Below are positions 43,919-52,603 of a stretch of DNA of 64,000 nucleotides, piece after piece. The notes beneath the pieces were generated by a model, which did no database searches, was not told where the DNA came from, and saw only the letters and a program-made list of their open reading frames with translations. Position 1 is the stretch's first letter. Every line of letters starts with the position of its first letter. The DNA comes from Alphaproteobacteria bacterium (lineage in GTDB: Bacteria > Pseudomonadota > Alphaproteobacteria > MPNO01), in NCBI GenBank assembly GCA_965248835.1, contig CBDFLJ010000002.1, positions 96,001 to 160,000 of the forward strand. Direction: 5' to 3'. Position numbers and translations under genes: made by a program.

Positions 43919-44568
43919 CATTTGCGGAAGAGATTTTGTTGCTGATGCTGGATGACGAGGACGGTTCGTTTCTGCCGGTTCGTGAAAGCGCTGTCGAATA
44001 TGCCCTCGCAGGCGCTGTGCTGATGGACTTGGCGTTCTCGAACCGGATCGACACCGACCCGGATCAACTCGTTCTTCTGGACAACAAACCGACCGGCCAC
44101 CCGGTCCATGACAGAGTTCTTGATCACATTGCGCGCTCGTCCGAGACCAAGGACACGAAGACATGGATCGAGACGATTGCCCGGCTTGAATCCGCGGATA
44201 TCAGGAACCAGGCTCTTTCCAGCCTGATCGACCAGAATATTCTCGAATCACAAGAGGAAAAATTCCTTTGGGTCTTCCGCGCACGGCGATATCCGACGAT
44301 TGACGGGCGCACGGAACGCGAAGTGAAGCGGCGCATCACCGATGTCCTGCTGTCCGAAGCGGTGCCGGACCCCAGGGATGTAGCAATCGTCGGCCTGGCC
44401 GATGCCTGCGATCTGCTGCGCGAGGTGTTTTCCGACCGGGAGATCAACCGGATACGCCCGCGCATCGATCAGATCCGCAACCTGGATCTCCTCGGTCGCG
44501 AGGTTAGCGGCGCCGTCCTGGAAATCGAACGTTCGATCGCCATGGCGATGATGCATGCACCGCACTGA
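43912..44568 (+). CDS. GPP34/GOLPH3/Vps74 family protein
   Basis: MLTFAEEILLLMLDDEDG...LAGAVLMDLA...RID, L...IL...KFLWVF..RRYP. Overlaps the STAS 2 stop by 7 bp. Confidence 0.85.
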   Translation: MLTFAEEILLLMLDDEDGSFLPVRESAVEYALAGAVLMDLAFSNRIDTDPDQLVLLDNKPTGHPVHDRVLDHIARSSETKDTKTWIETIARLESADIRNQALSSLIDQNILESQEEKFLWVFRARRYPTIDGRTEREVKRRITDVLLSEAVPDPRDVAIVGLADACDLLREVFSDREINRIRPRIDQIRNLDLLGREVSGAVLEIERSIAMAMMHAPH

Positions 44569-44685
44569 AACACCGCACCGAAACACCAACTGAAACACCG
44601 ACCGGCATTTTCCCTCAGGCATCCTAAGGCAATTTCCAATCGGGTCGACTCGAGCCGATACGGTTCCCGGCCGGCCTGATCGGCG

Positions 44686-46203
44686 TCAACCCTCGGTCTC
44701 GAAGGTGCGGATGTCGGGGGGCTCTCCGGGCAGGCCGAGAGACCGCCAGGCCCCGGCGACTTCCTCGTAGACCTCACGGCGCAGCGTCGTGCGTTTGGCG
44801 AATTCCGTCAGGTGTTTGTGCGGCTTGCAGACGTTGATCAGCGCCTTCGAGCCGTAGGGCCGGTTCTCCGGCGGATGCTGGCTCGGGTCGAGCTGGGTGC
44901 TCCAGGTGTTGCGCAGGAAATCGATATCCTCGATAGGGTTGCACCGGCTGCCCATCGCCCACAGCACCTCGTCCATGTTCGACGGGTCGATGTCCTCATC
45001 CACGGCGATGATCCACTTGGTGAAATAGGCTCCGCCCGGCATCTGGGCGGCGAGCGCCAGCGCCTGGGCGGCGTGTCCGGCATAGAGCTGCTCCAGACTG
45101 ATCACTGTCATCCCCAGCCCGCCCGAGACCGCGGGGTGGGCATAGACCCCCTTGATGCCCGGGATCCCCAGTGAATCGAAATCGTCCCATACCCGGGCCG
45201 AGCGGATGACGGCGAAGAAGCCGCTCTGCTCGCACGAGGGGTAATCGGCCATCAGCGCGTTGGTCAGGATCGGGTTGTCGCGGAAGTGGACCGCGGTCAC
45301 CTCCATCAGCGGTGCCTGGCCGCCGGGCTTGCCGTAATAGCCGGTGAACTCGCCGAACGGGCCTTCCTCGGCGGTGGCGTTGGGGCGGATCACCCCTTCG
45401 AGGACCAGGTCCGCGTTGGCCGGCAGGAGCAGATCGGTGGTCTTGCCGCGCACCACCGGCACGGGCTGGCCTTTCAGGCCGCCGATATACTCATACTCGG
45501 AGACGTTCTTGGGGAAGCCCTGCGAGCCGACCAGCATGAACAGCGGGTCGATCCCCCAGGCGGCGGCGACCTGGACCTCTTCGCCGCGCGCCCAGCCCCG
45601 CGCGATGTGCAACCGCGCGTCCTTGCCGGGCGACAGGTAGAGCCCGGCCTGGCGCTTGCCTTGCTGCATCATCCGGTAGGTCCCGATATTGAGGTGGCCG
45701 CTGTCCGGATCGCGTGTGATCACCGCGTCCCCGGTGCCGCCGTAGCGTCCGCCGTCGAGCGGCCAGTGCTTGGGGATCGGCAGCAGGTCGAGGTCGATCT
45801 CATCGCCGATCAGCGTGTTCTGGAAGATCGGCGCCTCGTCGGGCTGCACTTCGGCGGGCGGCGTGCGGTTCTTCATCTTCGACTTGACCCGGCCGATCAG
45901 GTCGATCGCCGGCGTGTCGACCGGCTCCTCCAAGGTGAGCGCGACCCGGCGCAGGCTGGGGCCGACCAGGTTCCACAACAGCCGGGCGCCGACCGGGCTT
46001 TCCTCGAACCCGGCCGGATTCTCGAACAGCACCGTGGGCGAGGGCCGGCGCTTGGCCAGCATGTAGACCACTGCGCTCATCACCTCGTCGCGGCTCACCG
46101 GCGCGTCGATGCGCACCAGTTCGCCGATCTCCTCGACCTCTTCGATCCATTGCCGGAGATCCTGGATCGGCTCGTTGCGCGTGCGCTGTTCGATGTCGTT
46201 CAT
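44686..46203 (-). CDS. UbiD family prFMN-dependent (de)carboxylase
   Basis: DLRQWIE..E..GEL, DGGRY, NIGTYR, EGPFGEFTGYY, VDEDIDP, WAMGSRCNP. Confidence 0.92.
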   Translation of the reverse strand: MNDIEQRTRNEPIQDLRQWIEEVEEIGELVRIDAPVSRDEVMSAVVYMLAKRRPSPTVLFENPAGFEESPVGARLLWNLVGPSLRRVALTLEEPVDTPAIDLIGRVKSKMKNRTPPAEVQPDEAPIFQNTLIGDEIDLDLLPIPKHWPLDGGRYGGTGDAVITRDPDSGHLNIGTYRMMQQGKRQAGLYLSPGKDARLHIARGWARGEEVQVAAAWGIDPLFMLVGSQGFPKNVSEYEYIGGLKGQPVPVVRGKTTDLLLPANADLVLEGVIRPNATAEEGPFGEFTGYYGKPGGQAPLMEVTAVHFRDNPILTNALMADYPSCEQSGFFAVIRSARVWDDFDSLGIPGIKGVYAHPAVSGGLGMTVISLEQLYAGHAAQALALAAQMPGGAYFTKWIIAVDEDIDPSNMDEVLWAMGSRCNPIEDIDFLRNTWSTQLDPSQHPPENRPYGSKALINVCKPHKHLTEFAKRTTLRREVYEEVAGAWRSLGLPGEPPDIRTFETEG

Positions 46204-46222
46204 GTCGTCGGGCCCATCCTGT

Positions 46223-47407
46223 TCACAGAATCGCGTTCGTCGCCGGCAGGCCGACGGCGATGCGGCCGAACTCCGCGCCGTTGATGTCCCAGGACAGGTG
46301 GATCTGGTGGGCGGCGGCGTGGATGTCGCGGAACTGGCGCTGCAGGTCCGCCGTCAGATAGTTCGCCGTCGCACCGCGGACGGCATGGAGCAGATCGACC
46401 GCCCGCACCGCGCAGGACGCGGCGTGCGAGGCATCGCGACGCCAGCGCGCCCGATCGACCAGCGCCGGCCGTCTTTGCTCGGCGATCAGGCGGTGGCACT
46501 CCATCCAGTTCTCGCGCACCAGCAGCCGCGCGGTGTCGACCAGCAGACCCGCCTCGGCGACCTTGAGCTGCACCGTGACGTGTTCGCCCACCTTGGAGCG
46601 GTTGTAGACCGAGGTCTGCTCGGCCAGGAACGCGACGTAGTCGTCATAGGCGGCTTGCGCGATGCCGATCATGGGTGCGGCAACGAGGTGCGGGATGAAC
46701 GGGATCAGCGGGAATTTGTAGGCATCGGCGAGGTCCTCGGTGCCCGGCGTATAGCCTTCGCGCGAATAGAGCGGATCGAACACCATGTGTTCGGCGATCA
46801 AGACGTTCTCGCAGGCGACATCCTTGCTGCCGGTGCCGCTGAGCCCGCAGACATGCCAGGTATCGATCACCGTGAGGTCCGAGGCGCGGATCAGGATGAC
46901 CCGCGGGCTCGGCCGGTCCTCGCCTTCACGGGTTGCCATCGCGCCCAGCATCAGCCAGTCGCTGGCATCGACCCCGCTGGCATAGGGCCAGCGCCCGGAG
47001 CACAGATAGCCGCCGTCCGTCCGCTCCAGCCGCCCGGCGGGAAACACCAGAGTCGAGCCGATCAGCGCCTCGGGGTTCTCACCCCAGATGTCATCCTCGG
47101 CCGGTCTCGGCCAGTAGGGCAGCATCCAGTTATGGGCGATCAGGTTGATGTAGACCCACGAGGTCGAGCCGCAGCCGCGGCCGAGCTCGATCGCGACATC
47201 GATCATCAGCCCGAAATCGGTCACGCAGCCGCCGAACCGTTCCGGGCGTAGGATGCGCCACAACCCCGCCGCGCGCAGATCGGCGATGGTTTGGTCGGGG
47301 ATTCGCCGGATGCGCTCGGCCTCCGCCGCACGTTCGCGCAGCACCGGGATCATCTCGCGTGCCTTTGCGATGAAGGACTCGCGCGGTGCCGGCGAGGTCG
47401 CGTCCAT
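46223..47407 (-). CDS. Flavin-dependent monooxygenase oxygenase subunit (acyl-CoA dehydrogenase fold, HsaA/C2-HpaH-like)
   Basis: RERAAEAERIRRIP, P.RFGG, GCGSTSW, SGRWPYASG, DTWHVCGLSGTGS, LQRQFRDIH. Confidence 0.85.
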   Translation of the reverse strand: MDATSPAPRESFIAKAREMIPVLRERAAEAERIRRIPDQTIADLRAAGLWRILRPERFGGCVTDFGLMIDVAIELGRGCGSTSWVYINLIAHNWMLPYWPRPAEDDIWGENPEALIGSTLVFPAGRLERTDGGYLCSGRWPYASGVDASDWLMLGAMATREGEDRPSPRVILIRASDLTVIDTWHVCGLSGTGSKDVACENVLIAEHMVFDPLYSREGYTPGTEDLADAYKFPLIPFIPHLVAAPMIGIAQAAYDDYVAFLAEQTSVYNRSKVGEHVTVQLKVAEAGLLVDTARLLVRENWMECHRLIAEQRRPALVDRARWRRDASHAASCAVRAVDLLHAVRGATANYLTADLQRQFRDIHAAAHQIHLSWDINGAEFGRIAVGLPATNAIL

Positions 47408-48471
47408 CAGCTCTCCACCGGAACATCGGCGGATTGGATCGGGTCCAGCAGGACCTTGCCCACGGCCTCGCGCGCCTCGATCAGCCTGTGGGCGTCGGCG
47501 GCCCGGTGCAGCGGCAGGGTCCGGTCGATGATCGGGGCACGGACCGTGCCGTCTCGGGCCGCCTCGAGCGCCCAGTGAATATCGTCGAAATCGCAGGCCG
47601 GCATGGCGATGATGCGTTGGCGCTTGAGATAGAGCTGGCGTAGATCGAGGCTCACCTGGCCGCCGGCGTGCGCACCGGCGGTTACCAGCCGGCCGAGCAC
47701 GGCCAGGCTGCCCACCGCGCCGGGCCAAAGATCGGGGTCGCCGATGCTTTCCGTGACCACGTCGGCGCCGTGGCCGTCGGTGATCGCCATCACTTCCGCG
47801 GCGAGATCCTGGCTGCGGTAGTTCACGCCGTGATCGGCGCCGAATCGCTCGATCGCTGCGGCGACCCGTGCGTCGGCGCCGGCGGCGGCGATCACCCTGG
47901 CCCCCATCCGCTTTGCGACCTGGACGCAGCAGCTTGCGAGCCCGCCGGTCGCGCCCATCACCAGCACCCATTCGCCCGGCTCGAGCCCGGCCTGCTTGTG
48001 CAGCAGATGGCGTGCGGTCGGCAGGTGGCGGACGATCGCGGTGGCGTCCGGATAGCTCAGCCCGTCCGGCAGGACGAAGCAGTTCGCCGCCCTGATCGCC
48101 GCGTATTCCGCATAGCCGCCCCAGCAGGTGATGCCGACCAGCCCGAAGGGACCGCGATCGCGGGATTCCTGCCCCGGGACGCAAATATCGCTGTGCAGCG
48201 AGGTGTGGACCCCGACCCGGTCGCCGATCCTGAGCCCCCTCGCCTCGGTGCCCAACGCTACGACTTCGCCCACCGGGTCGGTGCCCATCACATGCGGCAG
48301 GGCAGGCTTTCGCGCATAGAGCCCCTTGCGCAGCAGGACATCGAGCGTGACGTTGACGGAAACGTTGTGCACCCGGATCAGCGCCTCGTCCGGCGCAGGC
48401 GCCGGGGTTGCGATCTCCTCGAATCGCAACCTCTCGGGTCCGCCGAATGCCTCCAGAACGATCGCCTTCAT
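47407..48471 (-). CDS. Medium-chain dehydrogenase / quinone oxidoreductase family
   Basis: MKAIVLEAFGGPE, PHVMGTD, GGYAEY, GATGGLA, GKVLL. Confidence 0.88.
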   Translation of the reverse strand: MKAIVLEAFGGPERLRFEEIATPAPAPDEALIRVHNVSVNVTLDVLLRKGLYARKPALPHVMGTDPVGEVVALGTEARGLRIGDRVGVHTSLHSDICVPGQESRDRGPFGLVGITCWGGYAEYAAIRAANCFVLPDGLSYPDATAIVRHLPTARHLLHKQAGLEPGEWVLVMGATGGLASCCVQVAKRMGARVIAAAGADARVAAAIERFGADHGVNYRSQDLAAEVMAITDGHGADVVTESIGDPDLWPGAVGSLAVLGRLVTAGAHAGGQVSLDLRQLYLKRQRIIAMPACDFDDIHWALEAARDGTVRAPIIDRTLPLHRAADAHRLIEAREAVGKVLLDPIQSADVPVES

Positions 48472-48629
48472 CGCCGCCTACCAAAGAGGGCTTCTGTCCC
48501 GGCGAAGTTTAAGGTTCGACCGCCGCCCGGTCCATCGTCGGGTGCCCGACCGCGTGCCGGACCGACTCGATCCGATCGAAACATGCTCTAGGATGGCCGT
48601 ATGCGTAGGCGGGATCGCAGGCGGGATCC

Positions 48630-49316
48630 ATGTGCGGCCGATACAGTTTGATCGCCACACCCGAGGTGATGCGCGGGCTTTTCCTGTTCGACAACCGGCC
48701 CAACCTTGCCGCGCGCTACAACATCGCCCCCACCCAGCAAGCGCCGGTGGTCCGGATCGGCGCCACCGGCCGCGAGCTCGCGCTGCTGCGCTGGGGGCTG
48801 GTCCCTCCCTGGGCCAAGGACACGGCGATGGGCGCGAAGATGATCAACGCGCGCGCCGAGACGGTTGCCGAGAAGCCCGCCTTCCGGGCCGCCTACCGCA
48901 AGCGGCGCTGCCTGGTTCCGGCCGACGGCTTCTACGAATGGCGGACCGAGAACGGCGCCAAGCAGCCCTTCCGCATCGGTATGAAGGGCGGCGCGCTGTT
49001 TGCCTTCGCCGGACTTTGGGAGCATTGGACCGACCCCGCCGATGCCGCACGAACCGTGGAGACATTCACCATCCTGACCACCGCGGCCAACGCCAAGCTG
49101 CGTCCGATCCACCCGCGAATGCCGGTGATCCTGTCTGCCGACCGCTTCGCGGCCTGGCTCGACGCCGACGCCGGGCCCGCCGATGTCCCGCTCGGCCCCC
49201 ACCCTGTCGAGTCGATGGCGTTCTACAGGGTCGGCACGCGGGTCAACAACGTGCGCAACGACGATCCGGCCTGCATCGAACCGCTCAACCCGCCGTCCGC
49301 CCGCCGCGTCCCGTAA
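48630..49316 (+). CDS. SOS response-associated peptidase (SRAP; YedK/HMCES abasic-site crosslinker)
   Basis: MCGRY, RYNIAPTQ, WGLVP.W, INARAET, DGFYEW, IHPRMPVIL. Confidence 0.93.
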   Translation: MCGRYSLIATPEVMRGLFLFDNRPNLAARYNIAPTQQAPVVRIGATGRELALLRWGLVPPWAKDTAMGAKMINARAETVAEKPAFRAAYRKRRCLVPADGFYEWRTENGAKQPFRIGMKGGALFAFAGLWEHWTDPADAARTVETFTILTTAANAKLRPIHPRMPVILSADRFAAWLDADAGPADVPLGPHPVESMAFYRVGTRVNNVRNDDPACIEPLNPPSARRVP

Positions 49317-49436
49317 TCGCCGCAACTTTTCCCCGGAAATCGGCGCGAATCCTCTTGCGCCCACTTTACCACGACATATAGTGGTTAATTATGACACGTA
49401 CACGACATCTGGGATGCGTGAACGGAGGGCTAGACG

Positions 49437-49802
49437 ATGACGTGGACATCCGAGAGAGTCGACAGCTTGGTGCGGCTGTGGTCCCAGGGTTGGTCAGCCC
49501 GTCAGATCGCCGACAAGCTGGGCGGCGTGACCCGTAACGCGGTCATCGGAAAGGCGCACCGCTTGAACCTTCAGCGCGGCGTGCCGGGACCTGCGCCCGC
49601 GTTGGAACCGCCTCCGCCGGTGGTTCCCTACCAGCCGATCATGCCGATGCCGGAGGTCAAGGGCTGGATGTGCCGCTGGCCGCTTGAAGAGCCCGGCCGG
49701 TTCGGCCTGCATATATGCGGCAAGACCGCCCAGCCCGGCCGGCATTACTGCGCCGAGCACCTGACGGCGGCCTATCTGATGCGCAGGCGCACCGCCGCCT
49801 GA
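49437..49802 (+). CDS. gcrA: GcrA family cell-cycle regulator (short form)
   Basis: MTWTSERV..L..LW..G.SA.QIA..LGGVTRNAVIGKAHRL; CRWP...CG.....YCAEH. Confidence 0.8.
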   Translation: MTWTSERVDSLVRLWSQGWSARQIADKLGGVTRNAVIGKAHRLNLQRGVPGPAPALEPPPPVVPYQPIMPMPEVKGWMCRWPLEEPGRFGLHICGKTAQPGRHYCAEHLTAAYLMRRRTAA

Positions 49803-49878
49803 AGACCGCGCACGGGGCGGCAACGCCCGGTCGCCGCCGTTGCCACGGCAGCGGAAAAGGGCCACCATCGCCGCGTCC

Positions 49879-49908
49879 GGGCGCAACGGCCGGCCGGCCG
49901 TTGCGCCC
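49879..49908. repeat. Perfect 30-bp palindrome
   Basis: GGGCGCAACGGCCGG|CCGGCCGTTGCGCCC read directly. Confidence 0.9.
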
Positions 49909-49927
49909 CGTATAGGAAAGGCCGCGC

Positions 49928-51160
49928 GTGTTCGTCCAAACAATCCGGGCCAATCCGTACGGCTGGCTCGTCGTCGCGGCCTGCTTTCTTTCATTGATGG
50001 CATCATATGCCGCACGCAGCTCGATCGGGCTGATGATGCCGTTGTGGGAGAAGGACCCCGGATGGACCCGCGACTTCACTTCGGGCGCGGGTGCGATGGT
50101 GCTGGTCCTGATGGCGGTGGTCTCGCCCGCCGCCGGCGCCCTCATCGACCGGTTCGGGCCGCGCGCGGTTTGTGCGGCCGGGTTGGCTTCGATCGGCGCC
50201 GGCCTGCTGCTGACCTCGGTCGGCTCGGCGGACTGGCAGCTCTTCGCCTTCTACGGCGGGTTGCTCGGGCTCGGGTCGGGCGCGATCGCGATGCCGATGG
50301 TCTCGGCCGCGGTGGCGCATTATTTCTCGACCAACCAAGGGCTTGCCAGCGGTATCGGGTTCTCGGGCGCGACCGGCGGACAGCTCATCGCGCTGCCGGC
50401 GCTCGGCCTGCTGGTCACCGCGCTCGGCTGGCGCGGCACCTATGTCAGCCTCGGCCTGACGATCCTGGTCCTGGCCGCGCTGGCCTGGGCGGTGCTGCGG
50501 GGCTGGACGCCACGCGCGGATGCCGGCGATGCCCGGGCCGCCGACCCGATCGGCAGCCGGCTCTCCTACCTTTTCGGGAACGCGACCTTCTGGCTGCTTC
50601 TGGGCGGCTTCCTGGTCTGCGGGTTCACCACCGCCGGCGTGATCGAGGTCCACCTGATCCCCTATGCCGCCTATTGCGGGTTCGGCCCTCTCGAGGGCGC
50701 GACCGCCTACGGCGTCCATGGCGGCTTCAACATGATCGGCGTGATCCTGGCCGGTGCGCTTGCCGACCGGCTCCACCGGCCGCGGATGCTGGCCGGGATC
50801 TTCTTCCTGCGGGCGGTCCTGTTCGTGCTGCTGCTCCATGTCGGGACCGACTTGCCGCTCCTGTTCCTGTTCGCAGCCCTGTACGGCTTCATGAACTTCG
50901 CCACCCTGCCGATCATCGCCAGCATCGTCGCCGCGCGGCTGGGAGTCGGGGTGATCGGGCTCGCGCTGGGGTTGATCTTCGGCGCGCACTGGCTGGGCGC
51001 GGCCGCCGGCGCCTTCCTCGGCGGCCATCTCTACCAACTGTTCGCGCGCTATGACGAGCTGTGGCTGGTCAGCATCGCCTCGGTGATCGTGGCCGGTTTC
51101 CTGATGCTGCTTATCCCCGAGGACAGGACCGGCGCCAGACCGATCGCGGTGCCGGCCTAG
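49928..51160 (+). CDS. MFS transporter
   Basis: About 12 hydrophobic segments; GALIDRFGPR and GALADRLHR motif-A copies. Confidence 0.9.
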   Translation: MFVQTIRANPYGWLVVAACFLSLMASYAARSSIGLMMPLWEKDPGWTRDFTSGAGAMVLVLMAVVSPAAGALIDRFGPRAVCAAGLASIGAGLLLTSVGSADWQLFAFYGGLLGLGSGAIAMPMVSAAVAHYFSTNQGLASGIGFSGATGGQLIALPALGLLVTALGWRGTYVSLGLTILVLAALAWAVLRGWTPRADAGDARAADPIGSRLSYLFGNATFWLLLGGFLVCGFTTAGVIEVHLIPYAAYCGFGPLEGATAYGVHGGFNMIGVILAGALADRLHRPRMLAGIFFLRAVLFVLLLHVGTDLPLLFLFAALYGFMNFATLPIIASIVAARLGVGVIGLALGLIFGAHWLGAAAGAFLGGHLYQLFARYDELWLVSIASVIVAGFLMLLIPEDRTGARPIAVPA

Positions 51161-51608
51161 CGCGTTCCGACCGGATCGCGCCGTGCTTGGCGGCCTGGTT
51201 ATGGCGCAGCGCGCGGAACGTGTCCTCCTCGGCCCAGGCCTCGAACTGGCCGGGATCGATCGGCGAGGTGCCTTGCGGGCACATCGCATCGTAGATGTCG
51301 GCGAACAGCACGTAGTGCGAGAACTCGTCGCGCATCAGGTCCAGAACGTCGTGCCGGCCGAAGCCGCGGTCGATCTGATCGAATCTTTCCTGGATCTCGA
51401 CGCAGGGTCCGAGAAGGATGCCGAGGTTTCTGTAATCGCCGGAGCCGGAGCCGTTGAACTCCTTGATGCATTGCCGGCGCAGCCAGTCGAGGTCGGTCTG
51501 GACGGTGCGCAGCGGCGAATCCCAATTGGTATGCACGACCTCCGCTTCGCCGGCCCAGTAGGGCGCCGATACCGCAATCAGCCGTTCGAGGTTCGCGCTT
51601 GCTGCCAT
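51111..51608 (-). pseudogene. Possibly truncated ferritin-like (ExxH) protein
   Basis: Protein-like N-terminus with DEFSHY; the C-terminus runs antisense into the end of the MFS gene. Confidence 0.35.
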
Positions 51609-51691
51609 CGCCGGACCCCCATTCTGCGGCCGGGGCGATATTAGGGTCTGTGCGGAAGCCCTGCCATATTGGCCGCTGCCCTGGTTCGGAG

Positions 51692-52603
51692 ATGGCGGTG
51701 GCCTCAGTCCTGCGTGCATACCGAGCGATCGGCCGGTGGCCGCCGGCGGTTCAGTGCGCCGGTCTGATCGTCATCTCCAGCCTGCTCATGGTCCTCCAGC
51801 TCGCGATCGTGAGGATGATCGCCGACGGTGTGCCGGTCTTCGAGATCGTCCTTTTCCGCGGGCTGTTCGGCGCGCTGGCGATGGCGCCGCTGCTCGTCCG
51901 CGGCGGCGGGATCCATCTGCGGCCCAACCGGCCGGGGCTGATCTGGCTCACCGGCTCGCTCGCCTTCCTGGCTGCGGTCCTGTTCTATCTGTCGGCCAAA
52001 CACCTGCCGATCGCCGACATCACCGCGATCCACCTGTCCCGGCCCATCTGCGCGGCCCTTGTCGCCGCGGTCGTGCTGGACGAGGCGCTGCGGCGCAACC
52101 GGCTGCTGGCGATCGGCCTCGGTCTGGTCGGGGCCGCGATCGTCATCCGGCCGGACCAGGTGGCGTTCAATATCGGGGTCGTCTATGTCCTGGGCGTGGT
52201 TGCGGTGCAGAGTTGGAACCCGATCAACCGCAAGCTGCTCGCGATGAGCGAGCATCCCGACACGGTGGCCGTCTGGAACGTCTTGACCATCATCCCGTTC
52301 GGGCTGGTGGCGACGGTCTTCGTCTGGACCCCGCCGTCGTTCGGCCAGCTTGGCTGGATGGCGGTGATCGGCCTGCTGGAACTGCTCAACCAGCGGGTCC
52401 TGGCCCGCGCCTATGTGCGCGGTGCCGCGATGGCCGTCGTCGGGCTGCAATATACGCGGCTGCCGATCGCGGCCGTCGTCGGTTATGCGCTGTTCGGCGA
52501 GGCGCCGACCATCTGGGTGTGGATCGGCGCAGCCGTGATCGCTCTGGCCGCGGTCATCCTCGCCCGCGGCGAGGGTGCATCAGGCGCCAAGCAGCCGCGC
52601 TGA
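51692..52603 (+). CDS. DMT/EamA family transporter
   Basis: EIVLFRGLFG, LPIADITAI, IVIRP, YALFGEAPTIWVWIGA; about 10 TMs. Confidence 0.9.
   Translation: MAVASVLRAYRAIGRWPPAVQCAGLIVISSLLMVLQLAIVRMIADGVPVFEIVLFRGLFGALAMAPLLVRGGGIHLRPNRPGLIWLTGSLAFLAAVLFYLSAKHLPIADITAIHLSRPICAALVAAVVLDEALRRNRLLAIGLGLVGAAIVIRPDQVAFNIGVVYVLGVVAVQSWNPINRKLLAMSEHPDTVAVWNVLTIIPFGLVATVFVWTPPSFGQLGWMAVIGLLELLNQRVLARAYVRGAAMAVVGLQYTRLPIAAVVGYALFGEAPTIWVWIGAAVIALAAVILARGEGASGAKQPR

Noticed and set aside
46223-48484. Apparent long fusion ORFs (also 61788-63116, 1944-3347, 3551-5098, 37867-40041)
   Set aside because: The N-terminal extensions are off-frame or antisense read-through of neighbouring genes; true starts were assigned downstream.
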